NCBI GenBank assembly: GCA_964019335.1
Contig: OZ025659.1
Location: forward strand, 1-64,000
Source: Diplonema japonicum
Lineage: Eukaryota; Protista; Euglenozoa: Diplonemea
Length of the DNA: 64,000 nucleotides
Reading direction: 5' to 3'
Position 1 is the stretch's first letter. Each line of letters starts with the position of its first letter. Positions 53,723 to 64,000 of this stretch are shown piece after piece. The notes beneath the pieces are model-generated. The model had not been told where the DNA came from. It saw only the letters and a list, made by a program, of their open reading frames with translations, and made no database searches. A program made the position numbers and the translations under genes.

Positions 53723-55168
53723 TTAGACAAACACATGGACATGCATCTCCATGTTGTCATCACGTCCCAGCTGTACGGTCCGGACTGTCGACTGGGCTCC
53801 AGAGGTGGTTGATGGCACGGAGTGCATTTTGTCGAAGTACGAAGATTGCGGCCGTGAGACGGGCGCGGAAGCAGCAGTGCTGTACACGGTGGAGTCCTCA
53901 AGGTGAGGGAGGGTGTCGAACAGCTCTGGGATGACACGTGCCCCGCCCCTGCCCCTGCCCCTGCCCTGGTAGGGAGAGATCGGAGCAGACATAGCAGTTG
54001 AAGATGAAGCGGCAGTTGAGTACGCAGCAGGCGGCATGGGAGGTGCCAGCCTTGACTGAGGAGGCTTTCTCGACAACAGCACAGTCCTGTCATTGAGATC
54101 CCGTTCCCATGCTTCAAGATGCTGCTGTTGATCGCTGAGGGACTGGTACCTGTCATCCCCCCGTCCCCGACCGTTGCTGACGGGCACTGGGGCTGTATCA
54201 GTGTACGCACCACGTCCCACAGGGGGTTGCCCCCTGCCCATGCCAAATGGTGCAGCACCCCCAACCCCTTGTGGAGACGGTGCAGCAGATGACGGAGCGG
54301 AAACCTCCGCAAGCGGCACGTGGCTGGAGGGAGGGTACGCCATTTCCAAGGTGTACATTGTCTCGCCCCGCTGCTTGGACGTGCTGACGGCTTGCATCAG
54401 GTCACCGGCTTTTGTAAGCTGCGACCCATTCACCTTAAGGATGCGCCCTACGCATACCTCAGCACGGTGTGCAGGGGTACCAGGCATCACGCTTTCGATA
54501 AGAGGCAGCCCTGTGTGGTCGTTGTAGTCAAAGCCAAGCTGCTCGGAAGGAGAGCTGAGGATAATGGTGTGGGTTCGAATCACATGGTCGGGCGGGGGCG
54601 GTGCCTCGGCTTGGAGGGTTTTTGATCTGTTTCGTTCTTGCTCCCGACGCTCTGCCTCGCGGAGGTCGGCTTCTATCTTCTCCCTCGGTGTGACGTAGTG
54701 CGGGGGTTTTGTGACGTTGGCCTTTGGCGACAGGTCAATGGGGGTTTCACTGATATCGGTGAGCAAGGTGCGTCCGGTTGCTCTTGTGTGCATTGCTTGC
54801 ATTGATCGTATGGCTCGCATAGCGTCTTCCCACTCGCTTGGGCGGTCGTTCAGCAGGTTGTTCGGTGTGTAGAGTAGAAGCATGTCGTGTTCCGTTCGAT
54901 TGCTGACTTCCACGAGCATCTGCACGTTTGCTTTGAATGGCCTCAGCGTCACCCTCTCCAGCTCTGAGAACTTGACGTACCTCTTCACCTTTGTATCGGT
55001 GTCGCACAGGACCACCCCTGCCTTGTTCACGATCAGGATCCGCTTTTGGGTCAGCCTCCTATGGTTCATTTTCAAAATACTCCACACATAACTCGCACCG
55101 TCATCGTGCTGAACGAACGCCTTCAACTTCGGCGGCACGATGAGCAGGTCCGGAGGGGCCGCTTCCAT
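53723..55168 (-). CDS. PH-like (TH1-type) + PDZ domain protein
   Basis: KMNHRRLTQKRILIV...VKRYVKFSELERV; EQLGFDY...IESVMPGTPAHRAEVCVGRILKVNG. Confidence 0.82.
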   Translation of the reverse strand: MEAAPPDLLIVPPKLKAFVQHDDGASYVWSILKMNHRRLTQKRILIVNKAGVVLCDTDTKVKRYVKFSELERVTLRPFKANVQMLVEVSNRTEHDMLLLYTPNNLLNDRPSEWEDAMRAIRSMQAMHTRATGRTLLTDISETPIDLSPKANVTKPPHYVTPREKIEADLREAERREQERNRSKTLQAEAPPPPDHVIRTHTIILSSPSEQLGFDYNDHTGLPLIESVMPGTPAHRAEVCVGRILKVNGSQLTKAGDLMQAVSTSKQRGETMYTLEMAYPPSSHVPLAEVSAPSSAAPSPQGVGGAAPFGMGRGQPPVGRGAYTDTAPVPVSNGRGRGDDRYQSLSDQQQHLEAWERDLNDRTVLLSRKPPQSRLAPPMPPAAYSTAASSSTAMSAPISPYQGRGRGRGGARVIPELFDTLPHLEDSTVYSTAASAPVSRPQSSYFDKMHSVPSTTSGAQSTVRTVQLGRDDNMEMHVHVFV

Positions 55169-55425
55169 ATGCTGTGCTTGCCCACTCCCCCTGCGATTTG
55201 TAATTTTATCTTTTTTTTCCCCCCTCCACCCCTCACCGATTAAAAAAAAAATAGAATGGGTGGGACGAAAAAAAAAATATGGGGGAAGGTGGAAAAAAAG
55301 AAAAAAAATACATCAGAATAAAAAAGAATTTTTTTTTGTAAAACGCTGCAAGTTATGGCTAGGGGGAGGGGACAAAAAAGAAAAAAGAAAAAAAAAAGGA
55401 GGATGAGGGTGTGGTGTATATTTTA

Positions 55426-57834
55426 TCACGCAAGGTATACATAGGTGCTTCGGGATTCAGCTGACCTTTCGATGTATTCTCTGTCGATGAGGGACTCGAT
55501 TCGCTTCTTGATGTCGTCAGGGGAGGGGCAGAAACGTGCTTGAGTAAGGGAGAGGACCTGGGTGATGAGTTCCCTGTGCTCAATGAGCTTCCGCGACTTC
55601 ATGATGCGCACGACCACAGCATCCAGTTGCCACTTCCGGTCCTCGCCGATTTTTGAACGCGTCTCCTTAGCCTGCGCGTCTGTTTCCTTAATCATCACAG
55701 GGGAGACTTTGAACTTCACGTGTTTTGACGAGAAGTCCTCGTTTACTGAGATTTCCGTTTCCGCGCACAGTTCCTTCGCTTGTTGGCAGCTCTTTGTTAG
55801 GATTTTCTGATGGACCTTTGTGCTGATCGTGAGACTCAAAAGCTGTTTCTTGAGTTCTCCCATTGGGATCATGGTAGCCTCCTGAATGTCACCCACAGTG
55901 ATGCAGTCCTTGTTGTTGAACAGGACCAGAATCAACATTTGCAGCGTGTGCACATTCATTTCGTACCGCCTCCCCTTGGATGTGTACTTGACGTCTGCGG
56001 AGCCCATGTGGTACATCCAGCTCAACCGCCGGCCGGAGTGCGAAGATAGATAGAAATCGTGGTATTTCTTCCGGAGAGCTTCCACGGCTGGTGGTGGTGA
56101 GAGTGGTTCGCACGCTGTGCTCACGACTGGGGGTTTTTTGTTGTTGTTGTTGTTGTTGTATATCACATACAAGGCCAGAACCCTGTCGTCAAGACATGTA
56201 CGGAGAGGTCGACCCCGCTCCTTGCCCCTATGTGGTTTGAAAAGGCCTCCATGTTGCCTTTGCTGACTGTCATATCGTTGAACATTCCCTGTTATTATTA
56301 TTTTTTTTAATTTCTTTTTATTTTTATTTTTTTTTACCACACCTCAATCTTCGTCGTGAACTGATGCCCGGCCTCCGTCTTCAGTTTTGTTATGAAAGCG
56401 GACTCGCCCTCCTCGCACGTGGTGCCCTTCAAGAGCAACCTTCTGGCCAGGTGGCTCTTGTGATATTTCTCAAAAACATCCTTGTCCTTCAGGTACTGGA
56501 ACAGGATTATAATCTTTTTTTTTTTAAATCTTTTTTTAAAAAAAATGGTACCTTATCGAAGTATAAATCGTACTCATCGTCCAAAATGCCTTTTTTGCGC
56601 AGCTTGGCGTCGACGGCTAGGGAAAGGTACTCCGCGAAGCGCTGGTTCTTGTTCACCACAAGAACAAAAGCCTGCTTGATTTCCTTTTCGAACTCACGAT
56701 CGCGATGCTGTATTTTTTCTTTCTCCCCTCCCACAACCACGAAAAAAAAAAAAAACATACCCTCCCCTTGTGTGTTTCAACAAGGCAAGACTGGTCGAGC
56801 AGATCATCGTATGAAGCCCGCATTTTCATCGCGCCCTCAACAAGCGTGATTGGATTCTCGGAGTTGGCAGGGTCCAAGATGAACCTCGACCCGGTGTCCG
56901 CCAGGAAATTCTTGATCTTTTCAAGCAAAAGATCGGTTTGATTGATAAGCTGCAGCGCTCTGAAGACAAGGCTGATATCGGTAAGCTTCCAAGCCTCCAA
57001 CATACTCACCACCCCGGATGACTCGCGTTCGATAAGATGCACTGCGTATGTTGAAATCATCTTGTCCTTGATGACATCCACGATTTTGGGAAGTGTAGAA
57101 TCGGCTAAACACCTTTCCACACGTTCTCGTTCTTCGGTCATTCGTTTGAAACAGTTTCGTATGTACTCGGGAGTGGATAGGGATTGAGATGTTTCGCTGG
57201 CTTCTCTTGTGTAGTACTCTTTTGAGGATTCGATGAAGTGGTACTCTAAAAGGGGTTCGTAAATGGTTCTACGGGACACCTCATACATCATGTTTGTGAC
57301 TTTTTTAAGTAATTGTCTTTCCGGAGGCCGTTCCCCTGATCTTTCTTTTTCGATGATGGCGGTTGTCAGGCGTTTGATTCGGTTGGACACCTCCGCGTCT
57401 TTTAAAAATATGTCGCCGAAGATCACTACGCCGAGTTCTGGAACGGTTAGTTTTTGTTTTGCTGAGTAGTTTTTGTCCATGTACATCAAGATGTCCCTCA
57501 CCATCGCTACCGCTCGCATGTGCTGTTCCCACATCGAGACGACGTTGGCAAGGTACCGGACCTCGTCGATCTTTTTGATCTCTTCCACCATCGCCTTGAT
57601 GTGTCTCCGCAACGAGTTCTCCACCCCGTTATACAGCATTTCCCCATGCTGTGACAGTACTAGATGGTACCCTGCCGTGTATAGATGCTGGAAGCTCAAC
57701 TTCCCCGGGTTTTGCCTGTAAATCTGGTGTATCGCGTCTTCCAAAACCTTCCATTTTTCCATGGCCCTTGGGCTGTCCAGCACGCTGTGCGCCCTTTGGT
57801 ACGGCGGGATGTTATTAAGCCGTTTTCCATCCAT
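55426..57834 (-). CDS. Cullin (Cul3-like); introns 56708-56760, 56514-56551, 56289-56342, 56127-56170
   Basis: LSFQHLY, VRDILMYMDK; spliced DK|IIILFQYLKDKDVFEKY, KIE|GMFND, VLTTGFWP; neddylation motif VVRIMKSRK; IKKRIESLIDREYIER. Confidence 0.93.
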
Positions 57835-57853
57835 TTTTTTTTTTTTTTTTGGT

Positions 57854-57885
<32 letters not shown>

Positions 57886-58159
57886 AGAGTGTAACGATTG
57901 AGGGGGGGTACTGTTTTTGTATGTTTTATTGGAATTTGGTTTTGATGGATTTTTTCTGGGGGGGGGGAAAGAAAAAAGAAAAGAAAAGAAGCAAAAAGAA
58001 AAATCTCAGCTTTGAAAAGACGAGAGAGAAAAAAAAAAGGAGGTTCCTGCTTCGTGGTCCCAAAGAAAGCTCAGTTTACCAGTCGGCTGCTTTAGTGATG
58101 GGTAGGTTTTCCTATTTCTGTAAGAAACAGTCGGGCCTTCAAAGTTTGTTTCACCTGTG

Positions 58160-58280
58160 ATATCTATCCTCTTGGGTCACTATGAGAAGCGATGAGGCCG
58201 GTTGCGCTGTGCTGCATCATGGGCTGTGCAGCCACATTTCGTCTAGGCTGCCTTCTACAGCAGCGCGGTCCCTCAGAGGG
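58160..58280 (-). other. Structured intergenic element E2 (long GU-containing hairpin; candidate ncRNA)
   Basis: Minus-strand stems TGAGG/CCTCA, GCGCTG/CAGCGC, CTGTA/TGCAG, GCAGCC/GGCTGC, TCGCT/AGTGA; ends AAGAGGATAGATAT, like E1. Confidence 0.45.
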
Positions 58281-59248
58281 TTTTCTTTTTTTTTTTTTGA
58301 TATGTATATTGGTTGGTCACAAGAAATGAATAAAAAATAAAAAAGGGAGGAAGAAATAATAAAATAAAATAAAATAAAAATAAAAAAAAGAAACACTAAG
58401 TCATTATGAGGTAAAATAAAAAAGGTAACTTGGGAGGAGCACCCTGTGTGTGTGTGTGTGGGGGGGGGGGGGTAAATTGCCGCAAAAAAGAGCAGGGGAA
58501 AAGATAGAGGGAGAGAGTTTTCTTTTTTTCTTTTTTCTTCTTCTTTTTTTCTTTCTTTTTTTTAGTCTCAAAACCTTTGGGAGGGGGGGGAATAAGTATT
58601 GTAAAACAAGTAATAGCGAGTGGGGGGACTACCTGTCAAGGATAACCAACAAGCTCCACAAACTTTCCTACTGCAAAGACAATGTGAGATGACCACCTTT
58701 GGAGGTGCAAAAGAAAGAAGCAAACATTTTCTCTTGTCACTTTTACATTTCCTGTCCCTTCTTCTTGCCCATGTACAAACTGCTAGCCCTAGAAAAAGGG
58801 GTGGGGTATTAACTGCCCTAGGTAGCTCTTTGTGAAATGGCTAAAAGATAACAAGCAAAAAAAAACTTTTTTTTTTCAAACTGTGGGATTTTTTTACCCC
58901 TTCCTTTTTTTTTAAAAAAAAACAAAGGTGTTAATTTAGTTGTACAATCGTCTTGTTATGAAAGAGATGAAATGAGCAATGGGAAGCAAAATGGGGTGGG
59001 GGGGGGGGCAATTTTAAAAAAGGGTCAACGAGGGTTAACATGGTTACTTTTCTTTTTTTCTTTTGCTCCTTTTTTTTTTTAAACCACCACCCATCCATCC
59101 ACCTTTTGATAGAGGGGGAAAAAAAAAAGGTTGGTCTATTTATTTCCCCTTAAAAAAAAAGAAAGCAGCATACATTTTCCCTGTCTTTTTTTTTTTTTTT
59201 TCTCTTTTTTTAATACAATGGCTAGGAAGCCGACGTAAAAGGATTGGG

Positions 59249-59289
<41 letters not shown>

Positions 59290-59997
59290 GTATTGCAAAT
59301 GAACGAACATTCACCCCCGGCTTCATCCCTCGAATGATTCGCGACCAAAGGGTCGTTAAGTCATGCTTCACAATGAGGTTTCGTACTGAAGACCACGACA
59401 CATTGCATACCGACGAAAGGTTACAAGAAATAAAAAAGCAATGTTTAAGGGCAAATCCCACTTGAGGACCACCCTTACAAAAAACTTTGATGAAAGCGTC
59501 TGAAAAGTAGCTCTATATGATTTTCTGTTCCCTTTTTTTTTTTCTTTTTTTCTCCTTATCTGAAATTAATTGTGTACATGGATCACCACGATATGAAATT
59601 GTTTGATCTCTTATTAAAAGGGCGGAATAGATAAAAAGGGGGGGGAGACTAACAAGGGGGCGGGTTCTATTTTCTTTTCTTTGAGTTCAAAGAACCCACG
59701 TTGATTATTTTGGTATTTTTTTTTAAAGGAAAACTTTTTTTTAAAATTAGCCACATGCAACAATTGAGATATATACGTGTCATTACAGGTAGGGCCGTAA
59801 GGGCACCCGCTCCATCACATCGCCACTTGCACCACCTCATTTCATCGCACTACCTTGTGATGCATGTGGAGGAAAAGAAATAAGGTGTAAAAAAAAAGAG
59901 AGATATGAAACAATTATTACACAGCAGGTCCTCCCGCCCTCGCTTACAACAACAATACAAAAGAAAGCTGCTGTTAAGCATCTTATTTGTTTTTTTT

Positions 59998-60006
<9 letters not shown>

Positions 60007-60071
<65 letters not shown>
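60007..60071. repeat. (CT)n microsatellite just 3' of the cullin 2 stop
   Basis: Read directly. Confidence 0.9.
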
Positions 60072-60075
<4 letters not shown>

Positions 60076-60107
60076 CCTCCCTCTCTCCCTCCCCCCAAAA
60101 AGAAAAT

Positions 60108-62297
60108 TCAAGACACATAGGAAAAAATGTTTCGGTTATTATCGTCCCGAGTCAGGTACCCCCGTGCAAGGAGGTCATCCAACCGTTTCTTGATGGAGCC
60201 CACGTCGGGGCGGAAGCGGCATGAGAGCTGTGCGATGGTCTCTGTTAAAAGCTCTTGATAATCCATCTGCTTGTTGGTCTTCATAATACGCACGAGAGTG
60301 GCCTCGGTGAGCGACTTCCGCTCGAGCAAATGCTCAGTCGCTTCCGCATCGGGCCCAGAGGTGACAAGACGAGCAGCGGTGTCACCAGGACCCCGCTTCA
60401 AAACGTTGATCTTGCGCTGCCTAAAGACGGTGTTCAAGGTGAAATCACTACTGTCGTTCGGTGTCTTGTCGGAACAGGAAAGCAGCTTCGTAGCTACGAG
60501 CCGGTTTAACGACTGTTTCAACTCCGCACCGCATGTGTCTGTCGACGCTTCGGTAAGAAGCTCCAAAGAGATCTTCTTCATGCTTTTCGTTGTGTCCGAG
60601 CCTTCACCAAAACACGTCATCAACACCACACCATCCACAAAACAGCAAGATATCTCATGTTTCTTCTCGAAGTTCGCCAAGAGCGTCACATGGCTCAACC
60701 CGTGCAGCCACGTCAGAACCCGCCCCGTGTGTCGTGTACTATAGTTGTTCGAGAAGCAAGACAGAGTCTCCCACATAACAGGAGGGATCGACAGCTCGAT
60801 CTTGTTGAAGGACGGCCATGCGGCGGTATTCAGCACCATGAACGCCACCCATTCAGAGGGGACTACAGTACGGTGTGCTGCCGTTTCTTCAGATGAGATG
60901 ACAGCGTCCTTTAACATCTCCTCCATGCGGCGCACTGCAGAGGACACACTGCCCGTCATCTCGCTTTTGAAACACGACACAATAACACGCTCTTCGACAA
61001 GCTTGCATTCCTTCTGCGACAACAGCCTAGCAGATAGCCTTTTCCTGCACATTTCTTCAAAAAGATCCTTCTGGCTTAAAATGCGGTATATAGGGCTGAC
61101 CACGTTCCATGCTGTTTGCGGGTCGCTGTCCGCCGTCTTCATCGTGGTGTCGATGAACCGGGCCATGATGGAGACCACCGTCGACTCCCTCTCGTGGAGG
61201 ACGTGTTTCTCAGCATCGTTGATAAGATCGACATCCTTCTTCGCAGGGAAGAGGTTGGCGAGCGACGTGCAGTACTCGTGGAGGTTGGTGATGATTTTCA
61301 TGCCTTCCACAGGCGTGACGCCTTGCGGGAGGGGGAGGGTTTTTTCAACAGAATCGGACTTCATGAAATCAGCGATTCTACAAAGAGCCTGCTCGGGGAC
61401 AGACGGGAGTGATGTGGTATGCGAGACCAACACCTGTAAGGGGTGCAAGCTGCGTGTAGCAAGAAGTTCGTTCGCCGTGTCTAGCAAGTGGGATATGATG
61501 ACCTCGTCGCCGAGAATCGTTGTCTCTGCAAGTAGTTTGATCTCGTCAATGCCTTTTGCAGGCAGGCCCATCCCGTCGCCCATCCACGACACAAGGGAGT
61601 TAAGCATGGTTTCGACGCTCAGGACAGTCTCAGTGAAGTTTTTCTTCGGTTCGACAAGCGTTTCCTTGAAGTCCTCCATCTGCTTCTTGTACGCGGCCAA
61701 CAGCTTCCTGTTGAAGAGCCGCTCGTAGTGGTCATCGCTGAGGTCTTTCAAGAGCGCTAGAACACGCTTTACAAGGCAGTTTTCATTCTCATTTTCATTG
61801 CGGTCCAACGAGCATCTGCTGATAACGAAGTCAGTGAGCACTGTTCCAACGAAGGTTACGTCCAGAATATCAGAAACAACGCTTTCTCTCGCGGTGGTGA
61901 GGAGGGAGGGCAAGCCGTTTCTCTGAATCCACTGGCATTCGAGGTACGAGGTGATATTTCGGAGCTTTCTTAAATACCCGTCCAAATCCTCCCAGACGGT
62001 GGTGAGCTGTTCCATGTTAGTGGGGTCCGTGTTTAAAATCCTTTCCTTTACCAGCAACACTGACGCCTTGGTCAGTGCCACTAGCTTTTCATACAGCCAC
62101 GATCCTTTACCTCCCTCGACTACCGCTACCACCAGCCTGTACACACCATCAAACGAGACATCTTGGCTCCCTTTTACCCGTACTGCCTCTAGGCTTTGTT
62201 CGATTTGTGCCCATTTCTCTGCGTCTGCGCTGACACGGCCGCTGTCTTGTGTGCCTTGCAGCCCTACAGGGACCGGCACTGTACCCCACTCAGGCAT
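60108..62297 (-). CDS. Divergent intronless cullin
   Basis: SFDGVYRLV, KDLFEEMCRKRLSARLL, VLNTAAWP, HTGRVLTW, LVRIMK, IKKRLDDLLARGYLTRD. Confidence 0.88.
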   Translation of the reverse strand: MPEWGTVPVPVGLQGTQDSGRVSADAEKWAQIEQSLEAVRVKGSQDVSFDGVYRLVVAVVEGGKGSWLYEKLVALTKASVLLVKERILNTDPTNMEQLTTVWEDLDGYLRKLRNITSYLECQWIQRNGLPSLLTTARESVVSDILDVTFVGTVLTDFVISRCSLDRNENENENCLVKRVLALLKDLSDDHYERLFNRKLLAAYKKQMEDFKETLVEPKKNFTETVLSVETMLNSLVSWMGDGMGLPAKGIDEIKLLAETTILGDEVIISHLLDTANELLATRSLHPLQVLVSHTTSLPSVPEQALCRIADFMKSDSVEKTLPLPQGVTPVEGMKIITNLHEYCTSLANLFPAKKDVDLINDAEKHVLHERESTVVSIMARFIDTTMKTADSDPQTAWNVVSPIYRILSQKDLFEEMCRKRLSARLLSQKECKLVEERVIVSCFKSEMTGSVSSAVRRMEEMLKDAVISSEETAAHRTVVPSEWVAFMVLNTAAWPSFNKIELSIPPVMWETLSCFSNNYSTRHTGRVLTWLHGLSHVTLLANFEKKHEISCCFVDGVVLMTCFGEGSDTTKSMKKISLELLTEASTDTCGAELKQSLNRLVATKLLSCSDKTPNDSSDFTLNTVFRQRKINVLKRGPGDTAARLVTSGPDAEATEHLLERKSLTEATLVRIMKTNKQMDYQELLTETIAQLSCRFRPDVGSIKKRLDDLLARGYLTRDDNNRNIFSYVS

Positions 62298-62929
62298 ATG
62301 AGGAACGGAAAGAAGAGGGGGGAAAAATAGGTAGGGGGCAGGGTGATGAACCAGAGAGGAACGAGAAAAAAATAAAAAAAGGGGGGGAAATAAAAAGGCG
62401 TCCTCCCCCTTCTTTCCTTTTTATTTTTTTTTTTTTGTATTCCTGTGTTATGTGTTTTGCAACCCGGAAGAACATTATGAGCAATAATAAGAGGGGGGGA
62501 AAAAGAGCAGGAAAAAAAAAAAAGAAAAAAAAAACTTTTTTTCTTAAAAAGTTTTTTCTTGTTTTCTTTTTTTTTCTCCCTCTCACTTTCGCTCTCACGG
62601 AAACGCGGAAAAAAAAAAAGAAGAAGGGAGTGCGACTTAGTTTGCCTCGTCCTTAAGGGGTTATGTAAAAAAAAAATAAAGAAACCACGAAGTAAGAAGA
62701 GATGAAAATTGTTGAAACTTGTGTGGTGGGTGGATATGGACAGGAGAGGGGTCTTTTTTTTTTTGTTTCCTTTTATTCCCCACCTTCCCTCTTTTTCCCC
62801 CTTTTTCTTTTCTCCCCCACCCAATTTTTCTCGTTGTCAACCGTAAAAAAAAAAAAAAAAAAGAAAAATGAAGCCATTCTAAACCCTTTCCTCTAGACAA
62901 TGAAAAAACAACTCCCCCCCTCCCCCTTT

Positions 62930-63671
62930 TTATTGAACAAATAAAGCGACTTTGCCAGTCAGGCTGAGATCCACCAAAGACAGCGCCCCGTGGGTAGCAA
63001 GATCGAGGCTTTTCCGTGGGTACGTCATCACAAGCTTGCAAGTATCCGTGTCTTCGAATTGCTCTCGAATGTCCTATGTGTTATTGTAATTTTTCTTCCT
63101 TTTTCCCCTTGGTTGCGATTTGTAATGGAAGATAAAAAGTGTCTCTGAAAACATATGGACGAAGGTGCCCCATGGCATCTCTAGGAGGGGATTGCGGACA
63201 GGCACGTCACCCCTGTTTCTCCCGGCTTCAGTGCTAACGAAAGGTTCCCCTCCCCCAACACGCACTAATGACGACTCGCAGGAGGAGGAGCCGCAGCCCG
63301 CAGCATACGACGCCGGTGCCCACCCAATCAGACAATCTGGTTGAGCAGTATGAATCCCCACCGCAGGGAGTTCGAACCGCAGTTGCGGAAACTGCAGCAG
63401 GACCAGAACCTAGGACTACAGTAGGAACTGAGAGAGGTAACCCGCTTCTTTCTGCGTGGAGGCGGAACGGCCCTGCGGAGAGGCGCAGGTCGGTGAGGGG
63501 GCGAGGCAAAACGGGCAAGCGTTTTCTTTTTTTCCCAATCCCCTACACATACCTCATGAAGATCCAGAAACCAAAACACGGTTTCAAGCTTGTTTGTTTT
63601 CTGGAACCTCCTTGTGATCCCACTGCCATTCGGAAGCTTCACCATCAGTTCTACGGTGTCTGCTGATGCAG

Positions 63672-63705
<34 letters not shown>

Positions 63706-64000
63706 GGGGGGATCCCATACTGGTTCAATCCCCAGCCCCACCAGTCGGGACTCTCTCCTCTCTTCTATTTTCATCCTCTTCTCGAGGATTTCCGTCTGTT
63801 CTTTCCGGACCGCGGCCTCGGCGGCTTCCTGTTCCCGTTCCTCTCTTTGCGAACGGTCTCGCTCCTCCGCTTCTTTCTTGCTGTCCTCCAGCATCGCCTG
63901 TTGCAAAGCCTCTGAAATGTCATCTTTGATCTGCTTGTTCTCAGAAACTTCTGTGGCAGCACGTTCGATGTCCAACCGGTCAGAATGGTCTGCAATGACG
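62930..64000 (-). CDS. UBX-domain protein (FAF1/FAF2-like), 5' part outside the window; introns 63673-63720 and 63074-63552
   Basis: Coiled coil, then VKLPNGSGITRRF...VFWFL; last exon DIREQFEDTDTCKLVMTYPRKSL...SLVDLSLTGKVALFVQ* contains the UBX (F/Y)PR motif. Confidence 0.85.

Noticed and set aside
58180-58200. U2 snRNA 5' end (ATCGCTTCTC on the minus strand)
   Set aside because: It is not followed by the U2 stem I or branch-point pairing sequence.
14144-64000. Full stop-codon reassignment (Blastocrithidia-like code)
   Set aside because: Long conserved ORFs have no internal stops, Trp uses TGG, and TAA, TAG and TGA all end genes at expected C-termini.

Overview
Eukaryotic genomic DNA, most likely a diplonemid (Euglenozoa). 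This is inferred from a decayed diplonemid-type spliced-leader (SL) exon at 49257-49294, about 18 host genes all on the minus strand, and homopolymer-rich spacers. The left ~14 kb is mobile DNA: a (GTTTGCGG)n array fused in frame to a CRE/SLACS-like retroelement (OTU remnant, RT, restriction-like endonuclease, ~970-aa acidic tail), then a 5'-truncated, frameshifted APE-RT LINE. The host genes, left to right, are two GH19 lysozyme/chitinase paralogs, a PH-like protein, a four-domain Ca channel, eRF1, a small ORF, an RBR E3 ligase, NAD(P) transhydrogenase, a coiled-coil protein, a PDZ protein, IscA, acid ceramidase/NAAA, a TPR protein, a mitochondrial carrier, a PH-PDZ protein, two cullins and a partial UBX protein. 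I placed 17 GT-AG introns by hand; 15 are only 33-58 nt. Most notable: (1) these introns end in poly(A) or CA-rich tracts rather than polypyrimidine, possibly a code separating cis- from trans-splice acceptors; (2) eRF1 has altered stop-decoding motifs (GTS lost, NIKS to SIKS, S70A) although all three stop codons are used; (3) an SL-capped retroposed mRNA fragment lies antisense in an intron; (4) several small dispersed hairpin families sit near retroelement ends. All calls come from reading motifs by eye; no searches were run.
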